Virus record (IMG/VR): IMGVR_UViG_3300043414_000985
Span: 1-38,188 of that record
Source: a virus
Taxonomy: Duplodnaviria; Caudoviricetes
Reading direction: 5' to 3' (one strand)
Length of the DNA stretch: 38,188 nucleotides
The position numbers and the translations under genes were made by a program. The notes under the pieces were generated by a model. That model was given only the letters and a program-made list of their open reading frames with translations. It made no database searches and was not told where the DNA came from. Numbering within the stretch: the stretch's first letter is position 1; every line of letters begins with the position of its first letter. Shown one piece after another: positions 18,102-28,258 of this stretch.

Positions 18102-18350
18102 CTATGGGAAGCTCGCTGTTGTAAACTTTACGAGGCTTCCATTAACTAATCCTACAAAAACTGGTGGGGAGTGATCCAGACAATACCAGATAGTTCCATT
18201 TGGCATAAAGCCAGATGCCGTTGTTATATCTGCGGTACTTAGACTTGGAACAACCCAGCCATCGTCGCTTAGATTGTCCTGCATGTTCTGGTTTAGCTCT
18301 TCGTGATAGTTTTCTTGGTCTTCATTTTGGATATAAGTTGGTATTTGCAT
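18102..18350 (-). CDS. small structural hypothetical protein
   Basis: 82-aa ORF coupled (TAATG) to the gp10-like gene. Confidence 0.65.
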   Translation of the reverse strand: MQIPTYIQNEDQENYHEELNQNMQDNLSDDGWVVPSLSTADITTASGFMPNGTIWYCLDHSPPVFVGLVNGSLVKFTTASFP

Positions 18351-20023
18351 TATGCGTATACATCCACAGAGCCGTTGTAAACTATAAATCGACTTTGGCC
18401 GAAGAACTTAAACTTTAATGTAAGGTCGTTTGCAAGGCCCAATCTGTACCAGCTAATAATATTTTGCCTGTGGCCTACAGTATTTAATGGTCTACTTACA
18501 GTATTACCCCAGGTTATGCCGCCGTCAAAGGAAAGGCTAAGGTCAACGCGAGGCTGGTACGCTGGATAAACTGGAAGGCCTAGATTAGAGCCGCCATTAG
18601 GGTTAATTCCACTATCCTCGGTTACATAAGAGCTTCCCCAGGCGGTCGTGTATATATCTGGGTCGCTTGGTGTAGAGTCTTCTGTAATGTAGTAATTGAC
18701 GTTGTTTAAAAGCGATAAGTCGCTTACATTTGGGTCACATCCTTGCTCCATAGTAATTGTAGTTCGGTTTGCTATGTAGCGCGTACCATCCTCCATACGC
18801 AAGCTGCCTGGAATGCGCACAAAGGGAATATCGTATATAAGCTCTGGGTTGTTTGCGGGGTATATATTATCGTTGTAGTTCCAGATGTTTGTGCTTGCCT
18901 GGTAAATGCTTCCGTTGTTTAAAGATATAAAATAAATATTTTGGTTAAAGTAAACAAAAGCTCTAGCTGGATGATAGTTAGTATTACCATCTGTTAAGTT
19001 AAAGAACTTTTGGGTTGTAAAGTCGTAGACGAGGGTAAGGTTGTCTGCGGCATTATAAAAAGTAATTTGATAGAATAAGTGGCCATCTTGCCTGTAGAAC
19101 ATTGCTGTAGATTGCGCTGGATACTGGAGCTGCCCAAGCAGGTAGTCTATGCCGTCTGTAGATATTGGCTGGTATCCTTGTCCTGTGTAGACCATTATTA
19201 CCGGAGCGTTACTTTCGTTTACACCAAGCCACGCCACGTACTTATCACTTGTAGCAATGGTGCTAACAGAGATGCAGCCATAGTCGATATTAATAGTAGA
19301 ATTGCGCCTATAGTTTTGTAGGCCACCGATTTGAGTCCAGATTTCGCACACCGCAGTTCCCAAAACTAGGACGTTGTTCCCCTGACCGGGGAGCCTAACT
19401 ATTGCTTGTGCGAAATCTGGTTTCGTTTGCAGGGCAAGCTGCGTGTTCTGTACGATGGCGGATGCGCCAGTATTAGCGCTGTAGTTATAGGCGTACCAAA
19501 ATGCACCAGCTCCAGTTTTATTAGCATTGCCAAACAAAAAGAATGTGTTGTGGTAGCAAACATAAGTTGGCGATAATGTGCTGCTAAACGCCCCGTTTGT
19601 TTGGATGCTTAAGTTTGGCGCCCCTTGCCAATAATAGATGTAGGCATTAAGGCCATCTACTATACATATTTGACTATTAAGATTTTCGTCCATAAACACC
19701 TCCCCATGAGAGGTATTTAAAGAGCCAATAATTGTAGGCACTAATCCTTGTTCTATTCGATAAACATTTGCATTAATTACAGCTATTAAAAAATTACCGC
19801 GTATAGAGTGAAAGAATCCGCGCCCTTGACCGGCTTGCAATAGCTGCAATACCTTTTGATATCCCGCAAAGTTTACAAGCCACCCTTCATTAGCTGCTTC
19901 TGCGCCAGTGCTAATAAACATATTCTGGGTAAGCTCGCTGCTAATCTTATTATAACGACCAAATACGCTGCTACCTACCATATTAAGAGGTACCGATTGT
20001 GCCTTGGGCGTTATAGGGCGCAT
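18350..20023 (-). CDS. packaged-DNA stabilization/tail hub protein (P22 gp10-like)
   Basis: YRQDGHLFYQITF...TLVYDFTTQ, LSLSFDGGITWGN...WYRLG motifs; synteny. Confidence 0.85.
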   Translation of the reverse strand: MRPITPKAQSVPLNMVGSSVFGRYNKISSELTQNMFISTGAEAANEGWLVNFAGYQKVLQLLQAGQGRGFFHSIRGNFLIAVINANVYRIEQGLVPTIIGSLNTSHGEVFMDENLNSQICIVDGLNAYIYYWQGAPNLSIQTNGAFSSTLSPTYVCYHNTFFLFGNANKTGAGAFWYAYNYSANTGASAIVQNTQLALQTKPDFAQAIVRLPGQGNNVLVLGTAVCEIWTQIGGLQNYRRNSTINIDYGCISVSTIATSDKYVAWLGVNESNAPVIMVYTGQGYQPISTDGIDYLLGQLQYPAQSTAMFYRQDGHLFYQITFYNAADNLTLVYDFTTQKFFNLTDGNTNYHPARAFVYFNQNIYFISLNNGSIYQASTNIWNYNDNIYPANNPELIYDIPFVRIPGSLRMEDGTRYIANRTTITMEQGCDPNVSDLSLLNNVNYYITEDSTPSDPDIYTTAWGSSYVTEDSGINPNGGSNLGLPVYPAYQPRVDLSLSFDGGITWGNTVSRPLNTVGHRQNIISWYRLGLANDLTLKFKFFGQSRFIVYNGSVDVYA

Positions 20024-20029
20024 TGTTTA

Positions 20030-20746
20030 CTATACATTTGGTAGAAATCCATTGCTTAAATTTGCAACGGCATAGTTAGTAGAAATGCTGTTCCCAAGCG
20101 TGCTTATATTGGTTAATCTTAGGTCAGCTGGTGCGCTGCTCTTTCTTATCGCCAACTCGTATCGCATTAGTTCTTTTTCCGCTTCTAATGGCATTGTAAA
20201 GTTGTATAAGGCGCATATTTTCTTACACAGGCGATATTTTAAATAGCTTAGGTAAAAGCCATCCAATAGAAGTGATAGGTCTTGTTGTAAATCTGTAATA
20301 GCAGTTAGGCTAAAAAGCCCTGTAATTTCCAAAGGATATGCTTGGTCTGGAAAGAAATATAAAAATATATTTGAGCCGCCATAACATCTTTCATAGTACC
20401 AATCCCAAGGAAGGCTGTTAATATTGTTAGCTCTAGCCGTTCCCCAATATTGGTTTCTAAAATTTTGGTACATGCAAAATCGAACATCGTTAATAAAAAA
20501 TGTAAGCGTTTCTGCTTGTACTAGACCGGGAATAAAATACTTTTCTTGCCCTATTACGCCATTAAAAGAAAACTGTGTTGTCATATAAGGCAACATGTCG
20601 CTTTCGATAGTCTTATCGGAAAGGATTTCGTTAAGCAAAACAAGTCCGTCGTTTATTTCTAAACCAGACACTTGTTGGAATTGCCGAGAGACTATACCGG
20701 ATGTGTAGTAGGCATACGAGATTAAATCTGTTGCAGTTGTAACCAT
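20030..20746 (-). CDS. head-tail adaptor (P22 gp4-like)
   Basis: TATDLISYAY..SGI...INDGLVLLNEIL N-terminus; position before the gp10-like gene. Confidence 0.75.
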   Translation of the reverse strand: MVTTATDLISYAYYTSGIVSRQFQQVSGLEINDGLVLLNEILSDKTIESDMLPYMTTQFSFNGVIGQEKYFIPGLVQAETLTFFINDVRFCMYQNFRNQYWGTARANNINSLPWDWYYERCYGGSNIFLYFFPDQAYPLEITGLFSLTAITDLQQDLSLLLDGFYLSYLKYRLCKKICALYNFTMPLEAEKELMRYELAIRKSSAPADLRLTNISTLGNSISTNYAVANLSNGFLPNV

Positions 20747-20760
20747 TTATCCCCCTAAAT

Positions 20761-20784
20761 AGCCGGGAGCGCTGGCCCCCGGCT
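20761..20784 (-). other. GC-rich intergenic stem-loop
   Basis: agccggg...cccggct inverted repeat; no clear U tract. Confidence 0.5.
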
Positions 20785-20812
20785 CCAAAGCAGCGAACCA
20801 CCCTGGGATGTC

Positions 20813-21586
20813 TTACAACTCGTCTAAATAGCCCTGTACATTTAAAGCTACAGCATCGCCAGCGCTAGAGACTTTGTACTTTAAGTCTGGTAGAGGTGTA
20901 GCGTTAACGCCAACCGGACAATCTACAACCCCCAGTAAAGCAGTTGCGGTTACTGGCGAGCTAAATACCGTTGCAGCACCCGTACCGCCATAAGGCTGTA
21001 GGAATACACTGTCAAAGGCTGTTCCAGCAGTAAGGGCAACTTCTACTCGGACAATAGACGCCGTTAAAGGTACTGTCTTTTCAAGATTAACTGCGGTATA
21101 GGTAGTGGCTGCGCCTGCAGTGATACCCGTCGCAATCGGCGCATCATAGATACACCATCTGCTAGTACTGTTAGTGCCTGCTCCTTGGCTCTCCGCTGAC
21201 TGCCACCATGCAAGGGCAAAGTGTGTGCTTGAGTTTGAGAAAGCCGCGCCAATGCGTCTTTGCATGTCATAACCAACAGGAAGTGTAGGAGCTGTAGAGC
21301 TAAGCGATAACAAGCAACAAGTATTTGCCTGCAATGTGCTAGAACCTACAATCCAAATGTAGTACATAGTAGATGCTGCAAAAGTTCCGGTATCTAATGC
21401 ATTAGCACCATTAGTAGCAGCATTAAGCGTAAGGGCTGTTGGATTAATAATGTCGTTGGTATTGGTGACGTCTCTTGCTGCGCCAATTGCAATAGTAAGC
21501 GTTGTGTTGCTTGCCCAGGTAATGCCAAGACCATTTACATAGAGCACGCCAGCATTATAGAGCGTCGTATTTGGAGTGATTGTCAT
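20813..21586 (-). CDS. virion structural protein (decoration or fibre-like)
   Basis: 257 aa, Ala/Thr-rich; GANALDTG...YYIW...LSLSSTAPTLPVGY..RRIG motif; follows coat gene. Confidence 0.65.
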   Translation of the reverse strand: MTITPNTTLYNAGVLYVNGLGITWASNTTLTIAIGAARDVTNTNDIINPTALTLNAATNGANALDTGTFAASTMYYIWIVGSSTLQANTCCLLSLSSTAPTLPVGYDMQRRIGAAFSNSSTHFALAWWQSAESQGAGTNSTSRWCIYDAPIATGITAGAATTYTAVNLEKTVPLTASIVRVEVALTAGTAFDSVFLQPYGGTGAATVFSSPVTATALLGVVDCPVGVNATPLPDLKYKVSSAGDAVALNVQGYLDEL

Positions 21587-21607
21587 GTTAAATTCCTTTT
21601 AAGTTAA

Positions 21608-21625
21608 TGCGCTCCGAAGAGCGCA
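21608..21625 (-). terminator. C(UUCG)G tetraloop hairpin after the coat gene (weak terminator or mRNA stabiliser)
   Basis: tgcgctc ttcg gagcgca on the minus strand; poor U tract. Confidence 0.6.
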
Positions 21626-21631
21626 CACAAA

Positions 21632-22882
21632 TTACACAGGGTAAATAAGAGCCATTCCGTAGTCGGGAGCCAGCAATTTACCCCAAATACAATCTCTAAC
21701 TGTTCCAATATTTCCTGTTCCAAACACAGCGCCATAGTAATGACGGAAAGACGCGCCGCTATCTGGGTCGACAGAGTTACCTGTAGGATAAGGGACCTGC
21801 ATTGGAAGCTGTGGCATAGCAAGGAATAATGGGTTACCAGAATAAATTAATCCTGCTCTGTGACTAGGTAAGAATTTAACTTGCATACCAGCAACAATCG
21901 CATTGTTAATATTTTGGCTGTTAGTGGCATTAACTTGTAAAGGAGGATTAACACTTACTGTAACTTGTGATCCACTTGTGCTCGCAGCCTGTGCAGTAGC
22001 CTGTACCTGCACTTTGCTAGCCGATGGTAAGTGACCTATATATGTAAGAAAACGCATGTTTGGATAACCAGTTATACCATCTAGAAACTGGAACTTATCG
22101 TATTGCTGCACAGAATTAGCGTCGTTTGCTTGATAAGTTCCACTAAAAGTAATAGCAATTACTGCGCCATTTGCATCTAGTGTGGTGCTAACAACGGTAA
22201 GCGTTGTTCCGTTTTGTCCTTCTGTGCCTGCTGTGTGTACGGGTAGCAGGTTAGAGCTGTACCATTCGCAGTCACTAAACTCGCCTAATTCCCAGCTGTT
22301 GGCTTCTTTGTTGTTTCGCTCCATTGCGAATTGGCCCAAGTTAGAGCTAACAACGCCAGGAATTGAAACAAGAGGCAAGTAGCCTTTGCATTTGCCCATG
22401 GCCGAACCGAAATCGCGGTACTGAGCAACTGCTTGTGCCAGTTGTAGGGAACTATTTATGGGGTTTACCCCGTCCCCGTAGAATCTGTAAGTAGATGTGA
22501 CGTTTACTGTGGCAACATCCGACTCAATCTGTGCCCCAATTTCTTCCATTGCTGCCTTACCAAAGCGAGCCATGTAATCTTCTACATTAAATAGGTATTG
22601 CTGAGAGGTAAGTAAGTAGGATGAGCTAATTGGGCTTGCACATGTAAGTGCGGCGAGTCTTTGATCCGCACCTTGGAAGTTCGCTACTAAGGATTTAGTA
22701 GTAGTAGCGCGAGGTGGGAGTTCGATATTAACCGTTTGACCTAATTGACCAGCGGGTTGTTGTTCGTGAAAACCAACAAACTTTTTATTTGCTGTTTTAA
22801 TGTATGCGTATCTATTTTGTAGAAACTCTAGTTCTGCCATCTGGAATGTGGGTACATTGACCAGGATATTATTTGGGATCAT
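21632..22882 (-). CDS. major capsid protein (P22 gp5-like coat)
   Basis: 416 aa; GQLGQTVNIELPPR, insertion domain, RDCIWG C-terminal pattern; follows scaffold. Confidence 0.88.
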   Translation of the reverse strand: MIPNNILVNVPTFQMAELEFLQNRYAYIKTANKKFVGFHEQQPAGQLGQTVNIELPPRATTTKSLVANFQGADQRLAALTCASPISSSYLLTSQQYLFNVEDYMARFGKAAMEEIGAQIESDVATVNVTSTYRFYGDGVNPINSSLQLAQAVAQYRDFGSAMGKCKGYLPLVSIPGVVSSNLGQFAMERNNKEANSWELGEFSDCEWYSSNLLPVHTAGTEGQNGTTLTVVSTTLDANGAVIAITFSGTYQANDANSVQQYDKFQFLDGITGYPNMRFLTYIGHLPSASKVQVQATAQAASTSGSQVTVSVNPPLQVNATNSQNINNAIVAGMQVKFLPSHRAGLIYSGNPLFLAMPQLPMQVPYPTGNSVDPDSGASFRHYYGAVFGTGNIGTVRDCIWGKLLAPDYGMALIYPV

Positions 22883-22949
22883 GTTTGGGTGTGTCCTATA
22901 TTTTCGCTAAAAAATACAGGCGTTTAGCAAGTTTTAAGTGTTTGGCTTC

Positions 22950-23615
22950 TTAGCCTCTAAGCCAAGAAGCGCCTTTAAAACTTTGTTTTCCAGCTGCTAC
23001 GCCTGCTCCAGGGGACGGCTTTTGACGTGACAACGGAGGTTGTGCGGTTACATTTTCCGCTTGTGCTTTTTCGTTTTTCGCTATTGAGTCGGATAAATCC
23101 TTCATCATTTTGCGCGCCATTTTTTCGCTAACCTTTGCGGCAGCGTGTATGGCTGTTAGCTTTGCTGGATTTTGCACAAGTTCTCGCATTACTGCGGGAG
23201 TGTTCTCTGTCTCAGCGGCTAAAAAAACTACTTCCGGGAAAGCTTGCGGCTCGAAGTCGCCCATTATTTCGTCGAGATCTGGAAAGGCTTCTTTGCCTTT
23301 GTGCATCTTGTCGAAGTATTGAAGCGCTACTGTTTCCGCCGCTTGCTGTCGCTGCTTCTGTATTAGATCGTTCTGCTCTTGCTGCTGCTTCTCTTGGAGC
23401 TTTTGCATAATCCTAGATTCTATTTCTTCAGGATTTGCTTGACTCGCAGCCGCTTGAGGCGCTTGCTGTTGCTGCATGCGCTGGTCAAACTCTCTAGTCA
23501 TTCGCTCTGCGACTTCTGCTTTTGTCCGGTGCACTATCTTGTCTACATGCGATTGAGGGATTAATTTTTCCTCTGTCGCGTCTGTAGCAATCTGTCCAAC
23601 ATCCATGTTGTCCAT
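22950..23615 (-). CDS. scaffolding protein
   Basis: Charged coiled coil between portal and coat; Pro-rich then basic C-terminal end. Confidence 0.8.
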   Translation of the reverse strand: MDNMDVGQIATDATEEKLIPQSHVDKIVHRTKAEVAERMTREFDQRMQQQQAPQAAASQANPEEIESRIMQKLQEKQQQEQNDLIQKQRQQAAETVALQYFDKMHKGKEAFPDLDEIMGDFEPQAFPEVVFLAAETENTPAVMRELVQNPAKLTAIHAAAKVSEKMARKMMKDLSDSIAKNEKAQAENVTAQPPLSRQKPSPGAGVAAGKQSFKGASWLRG

Positions 23616-23786
23616 CTACTCACCCCGTTTTCCCTCGGCAGGTACACCCAATAACCAATTGGTTGGCCAACTTTACCCTGTTGGTAGGTTCACCCAGGAG
23701 AAAGCCTGGTCTTTAGTATTTGTATAGTAAGAGAAATACCGTTTGTCGAGGAAAAGCGAATGACGCGATCCCTCGACCAGGTAGGT
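23616..23786 (-). promoter_or_regulatory. structured 5' leader of the scaffold gene (candidate tandem pseudoknots)
   Basis: Three CCT-N-stem-AGGG-stem' units plus gtcgagg/cctcgac hairpin in a 171-nt intergenic gap. Confidence 0.55.
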
Positions 23787-25889
23787 TTAGTGATTGGTAG
23801 TTATTTGAGCGCCGAACTTAATAGCAAGCTCTACAGCAGTCTTTGCGTCCTCTGCTGCGATGCGTTGCGCCTCTAAGTCTTGTTTAGTTTCCATATCGGC
23901 GACTTCGGCCATGGTTTTTGCGTAAAGTATTTCTACCTTTTGCTTTTCAACCGCGACTTTTGCAGCTTGTATTAATTGCGCGCCTTCTGTTTCTAATTGA
24001 CTCTGCTCAATCTTAGCCATTTCTGTTTTCTCAAATGCTTGCGTCTGTAGCATAGAAGCCTCGACCATTGGGTCGCCTTTCTTGGCTGCTTCTTCCTGCA
24101 TCTTTTGCATCTTTTCTAAGTATGCTGGCACTTTCTCTTTGAGGCCTTCAATGCCGCGTATATCTAAGTTGTCTAGAATGGTTTCTAGTCCCTCAGAACC
24201 CATAAAGTTCGCGAACACGGGCGCGGTTTGGATTAGCTTAATGCACTGGTCGAGAGCCATCGTCTTCTGTATTTCGAGATTTACGCCCGCCTCTACTTTT
24301 ATTTGTACGCTGTTAGGGTCGTACATCATTGAAATAGAATCTTTGTTTGTTGGGTCGTTAATTATCTTGTAAGAGCGTTTTCCATCGGCTTTTCGAATAG
24401 GAATAGAGCGAGGTGTTACATAAAACTTTGGTATTAAATCTACAACTATTTCTGCAATGCGATTAATAAATTTTATGTAACCGACCATGTACGGAGCTGC
24501 AGCGCTATTAGCTTGTATTGCTCCTAGACCTATTGCTCTTCCGCTAACATTGTTGTCGTTTGTCCCCTGCACCATATTTAAATTACCGAGTATCATCTGG
24601 GTAAGTTTACTTGTGCCCATAAAAGTATTTTCGACAATGGGCGGTGTTGGGGTGCGCTGTATTTCCATGGGTGGGTCAAGGCGAACGTTGGGGTCACCAT
24701 TCAAGAATTGGTTATATACTAACGTGTCTGCTTGCTGCACATTTTGATAAACATGCTGGAAATCTTTGGGTATTGCTTCTAGTGGTACTTTAATCTTGTG
24801 TGCAACCATTCCTTCAATTTCTGCTGCAACTGTTTGACCGGAGAAGTTCATTAGCTCTTGAACACCCATCGCATTGTAAACATAAGGGCGTGTCATTTCG
24901 TATGTTGAGCCGCTGTTTCCCTCTTTTAGTGTGACGCTATTTCCTGCGCCCCACACCAGCGGTAACATACTGTAACTGGTAGGTTTATATTCTAATATTT
25001 GGTTCTGCGTCATCGTGTAGCGCTCAATTTCCGGCAGAACTGTCCAACGCTCTTCTAGTATTTGCGGTGGCTGTTCAATGTACCCTGCCTTGGCCCATTG
25101 CTCGCAGAAGTCTTCATAACGCTTCTTTTGTACCGTGTGGCCATTGGTAAGCTTTACTATTTTTACTTTACTATTTTTCTTTTGATAGAATTCTGCTGTT
25201 AAGATGATGGGCAGGTCATTGTAAGTAAATTGCCATTGGAATTCACCCAAGGCGCTTGCAGAATAGAACTTTAATCCTTTTGTAGACTTAGTGCCGTAAA
25301 TACTTTCAAAGTCTTCTTTCGTTTTTGGAACAAGCTTAAAACAATAGCCGCCATCTCCTTTGTGACTCTTTACGGCCATTGGGTCAAACCCGCACAACGA
25401 AGGGTCAAATACACGCTCTACAATAATCTTTTGCTCAAAAGACATTGGGTTTACATAGTCTGTACTTACTTCTCCGACCGTAAAACCGCCGCCCATCATG
25501 TCACGAAAGAAGTTGTATTGAAGGCCGTCATTAGCAGCTTCACAAAATATCTCGCTTAGATGCCACTGCAGCACGTTAAGCTGTTCCATAAACTCTGGGG
25601 TCATTTGTTGTATGCGCGCGCCGTCGGCTGCTCTTGCCATCATTGTAGGCTCGTGCTTTGCAAAGTCGCCCATTTGAGAACTGATAGCCGCCTCTAGAAT
25701 ATTAAACTCTAATGGCGGCTTGTGTAGTATATTTAGTGTGCCGCGTTTTTGCTGGTTGATAGCGGTTTCAAAAACAAATCGCATAAAAAGATTGTATCTA
25801 TCTGCATTTTTGCGATTTGTGTCATAAGATAAATTAATCTTCTTTTCTATCTCTTCCAGTTTCTCTGTGTGTTTTTTCGCAATTTCCAT
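23787..25889 (-). CDS. portal protein (P22 gp1-like)
   Basis: 700 aa; KPPLEFN, FDPxA...DGGYCF, SGRAI motif, C-terminal helical barrel; follows TerL. Confidence 0.9.
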   Translation of the reverse strand: MEIAKKHTEKLEEIEKKINLSYDTNRKNADRYNLFMRFVFETAINQQKRGTLNILHKPPLEFNILEAAISSQMGDFAKHEPTMMARAADGARIQQMTPEFMEQLNVLQWHLSEIFCEAANDGLQYNFFRDMMGGGFTVGEVSTDYVNPMSFEQKIIVERVFDPSLCGFDPMAVKSHKGDGGYCFKLVPKTKEDFESIYGTKSTKGLKFYSASALGEFQWQFTYNDLPIILTAEFYQKKNSKVKIVKLTNGHTVQKKRYEDFCEQWAKAGYIEQPPQILEERWTVLPEIERYTMTQNQILEYKPTSYSMLPLVWGAGNSVTLKEGNSGSTYEMTRPYVYNAMGVQELMNFSGQTVAAEIEGMVAHKIKVPLEAIPKDFQHVYQNVQQADTLVYNQFLNGDPNVRLDPPMEIQRTPTPPIVENTFMGTSKLTQMILGNLNMVQGTNDNNVSGRAIGLGAIQANSAAAPYMVGYIKFINRIAEIVVDLIPKFYVTPRSIPIRKADGKRSYKIINDPTNKDSISMMYDPNSVQIKVEAGVNLEIQKTMALDQCIKLIQTAPVFANFMGSEGLETILDNLDIRGIEGLKEKVPAYLEKMQKMQEEAAKKGDPMVEASMLQTQAFEKTEMAKIEQSQLETEGAQLIQAAKVAVEKQKVEILYAKTMAEVADMETKQDLEAQRIAAEDAKTAVELAIKFGAQITTNH

Positions 25890-26025
25890 TTGCTTCTTCC
25901 TCGCATATATGCGTGTAAGCTATTCCATTAATAGCAAAGTGAAGGGTATCTCCGTATTCGTATTGCGTATAGCTTTTAAAAATTTCTACTGCTTCCAATA
26001 TTTGTTCTGCTGTTGGAGTTCCCAT
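25834..26025 (-). CDS. hypothetical protein
   Basis: 63-aa ORF coupled to the TerL stop (TAATG). Confidence 0.55.
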   Translation of the reverse strand: MGTPTAEQILEAVEIFKSYTQYEYGDTLHFAINGIAYTHICEEEANGNCEKTHRETGRDRKED

Positions 26026-27572
26026 TAATAATAAGCCCTTCTTGCTGTTAGTTTATCGCTAAACGCTTGCGATAATCCTTTAGACACAATAGCATCGTCT
26101 TTACTAGACTCTATTAAAGTGTTAAATGTCTTGTCTATTAGAGCGATTTTGATAGAATCGTAGCATGTGTCGGCCTTGTCATCCCAGCGATGACTATCAT
26201 TCGCTGTAATCTTTACCATATGTTTGATGCACTCGTCTTTGTGTTTGACGCCATCTGTAAAAGATATTAATCCAGAACTTATGTATGGTTGCATCTCAAT
26301 GTAACGAGCAGCTTTACTACCGCTTGCGCGCGTGCGTTTAACTTCGCGAATGTTTAATCCGCGTATTCTTTTAAGAGAGCTTATTAGTGTTACGCCGGTT
26401 GTTTTTTGTTCTATCGCAACAAGAGTTGGCTGGCATTTGTGTAGCATGCAATCGCTGTAGAATGAGAGCAGCTCTTGCTCTAAGTCTGCGGGCTCTACTC
26501 GTATCTCTAAGCAGTCTATCCAATGCAGCGCAAATATGTCTGTCTTAATCCCATTGTCTTTTATCTTGTACAAACCCCAAAAACTAAACACTGTGGGATC
26601 GTTGTGTGTAAGTGGTGTTTCTGCTGTATCTATTGTCAGAAAAGAAAGTAAAATCTCTGGCTCTTCTTGTAGTATTGCAAAGTCTCTTTCTCTAAAGAGT
26701 GCGCCACCGGCAGGACTTGGTTTTTGTTGATACTGCGCGGAGAACACGTAGTTGTTTAAGCGCTGTTTCTCCAATAGCTGCTCTTTAGTTATTACTTGCG
26801 GGCACAAAACGTTGCCAGCCGCATCTAATGCGTCTAGAAGCACACGCTTAAACACACGCTCGCTTTTGTCGCTAAATAGAAAATTAAAGATGTCATCTTC
26901 GTGCAAGCATTGTCCGATCGCAACGATCGGAACAGTCGGAGAGCGAACGCGTTGTACTATTGTTTCGTTGTAGTTATCTATGACAGACTGTCTTATTGTG
27001 TCGCTAAAAACTTCGCTAGCTTTGTGCAAATCGTCGAGCAATAATGCCCCTGTAAACGCCGTGTCGCCTGTTTCGGCTGGGCCGCCTGCGTTATAGCCTG
27101 TGATAGAACCAAGCGCGCCAAACGCTTTAACTTGCGCCCCGTCCGTCGTCATAAAATGGTCTTTAGCTTTAATGTCGCTGCGTATACTAATGCCGAAGAG
27201 ATCGCGGTAGTAGCTGTTGCTAATAATGCGCCTAATAAACTCCGTGTGCTTCGCTGCGAGCTCGTGAGAATAAGAGATGTAAATATATTCGCTGCGAGTA
27301 TAGCGCGACAAAGTCCAGGCGACCCACATGCAAATTAGTGTAGATTTAAAATGCCCTGGAGGAACATTGATGCCTAAGTTTAAAGTATCGCCGCGCACAA
27401 CACTAGTGAGCTCTCTGCAAATAGTTATTACGTGCGACTCTCGACCGATCGGCACAGGCATAATGAAAGGCTTGCCAGTAACAAGGGGGAAAAATACTTG
27501 TATAAAAGAATAAAAGCTGCCCCAAAGCTGCGCCCTGACTTCGTCTGCTTTGTCGCTAATAATCTTTGTCAT
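26025..27572 (-). CDS. terL: terminase large subunit
   Basis: Walker A-like INVPPGHFKST, Walker B LLLDDLHK, AQYQQKP, nuclease IDTA...HRWDDKAD. Confidence 0.95.
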   Translation of the reverse strand: MTKIISDKADEVRAQLWGSFYSFIQVFFPLVTGKPFIMPVPIGRESHVITICRELTSVVRGDTLNLGINVPPGHFKSTLICMWVAWTLSRYTRSEYIYISYSHELAAKHTEFIRRIISNSYYRDLFGISIRSDIKAKDHFMTTDGAQVKAFGALGSITGYNAGGPAETGDTAFTGALLLDDLHKASEVFSDTIRQSVIDNYNETIVQRVRSPTVPIVAIGQCLHEDDIFNFLFSDKSERVFKRVLLDALDAAGNVLCPQVITKEQLLEKQRLNNYVFSAQYQQKPSPAGGALFRERDFAILQEEPEILLSFLTIDTAETPLTHNDPTVFSFWGLYKIKDNGIKTDIFALHWIDCLEIRVEPADLEQELLSFYSDCMLHKCQPTLVAIEQKTTGVTLISSLKRIRGLNIREVKRTRASGSKAARYIEMQPYISSGLISFTDGVKHKDECIKHMVKITANDSHRWDDKADTCYDSIKIALIDKTFNTLIESSKDDAIVSKGLSQAFSDKLTARRAYY

Positions 27573-28131
27573 GTTTCTTTTGCAGCTCTAACATTTTGTT
27601 AAGCCGCTCAATTGTTGCATCTTGTTCAACAATTTTATCTCGCATATCTTCTATTACTTTGTCGCCAAATATTTTGGGGAGTAAGCGAGATGTATGCCAG
27701 TGCATGTGTTTTAATATTAATGCGTCGCGCGCAACAGCTACGGCGTTTGGCGCATTGCTTTTTCCATTGTGATAAAAATCTTTTGCATTGTTTTTAACCA
27801 ATTCTTCGCATTCTTCTTCGTGTAAAACCGCTTGTATTTTCTTTGCTTCCCAATATTTGCTCCCAAACTCAGGAATTTTAAAACGCCACCTTCTAATAGT
27901 TTGCTCGCTTGGAATTTCTGGATATCTTTTGCAAATTTCTTTTTGCGACATGGGGTGGATAGAGACTAAATCGCAAATAATATTTCCAATTTCATCTGTG
28001 TATTCGCACTCTGGCGCTCCAGTAAAATATGTTTTTATTCCAGCTTTTTCAGCAGCAACTGCGCGCTTACTTTTTGCTTTTCTTTTTGTGCGCGGTAATG
28101 CTTTCTGTTCTTTCGTTAGTTTCTCTGTCAC
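27556..28131 (-). CDS. terS: terminase small subunit (Sf6 gp1-like HTH)
   Basis: YTDEIGNIIC...ICK..PEIPSEQTIRRW...RLLPKIFGDK; upstream of TerL. Confidence 0.85.
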   Translation of the reverse strand: MTEKLTKEQKALPRTKRKAKSKRAVAAEKAGIKTYFTGAPECEYTDEIGNIICDLVSIHPMSQKEICKRYPEIPSEQTIRRWRFKIPEFGSKYWEAKKIQAVLHEEECEELVKNNAKDFYHNGKSNAPNAVAVARDALILKHMHWHTSRLLPKIFGDKVIEDMRDKIVEQDATIERLNKMLELQKKHDKDY

Positions 28132-28258
28132 TTTCTTCCTCTTTTTCTTTTGTTTCTATCTCACCAGAACCCGCACACTCTATGCAGTCCACTTCCTTTA
28201 AATACCCCAAACCGGTAATTTTTTTCAATCCGCGGCACGCTGGACATCTAATTAGCAT
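28067..28258 (-). CDS. DnaJ-type Zn-finger small protein
   Basis: CPACRGLK...CIECAGSG; GAGG RBS. Confidence 0.65.
   Translation of the reverse strand: MLIRCPACRGLKKITGLGYLKEVDCIECAGSGEIETKEKEEESDRETNERTESITAHKKKSKK

Noticed and set aside
21604-21822. Frameshift extension of the coat protein
   Set aside because: The alternative frame extends only about 9 codons past the coat stop and no convincing slippery site was seen.
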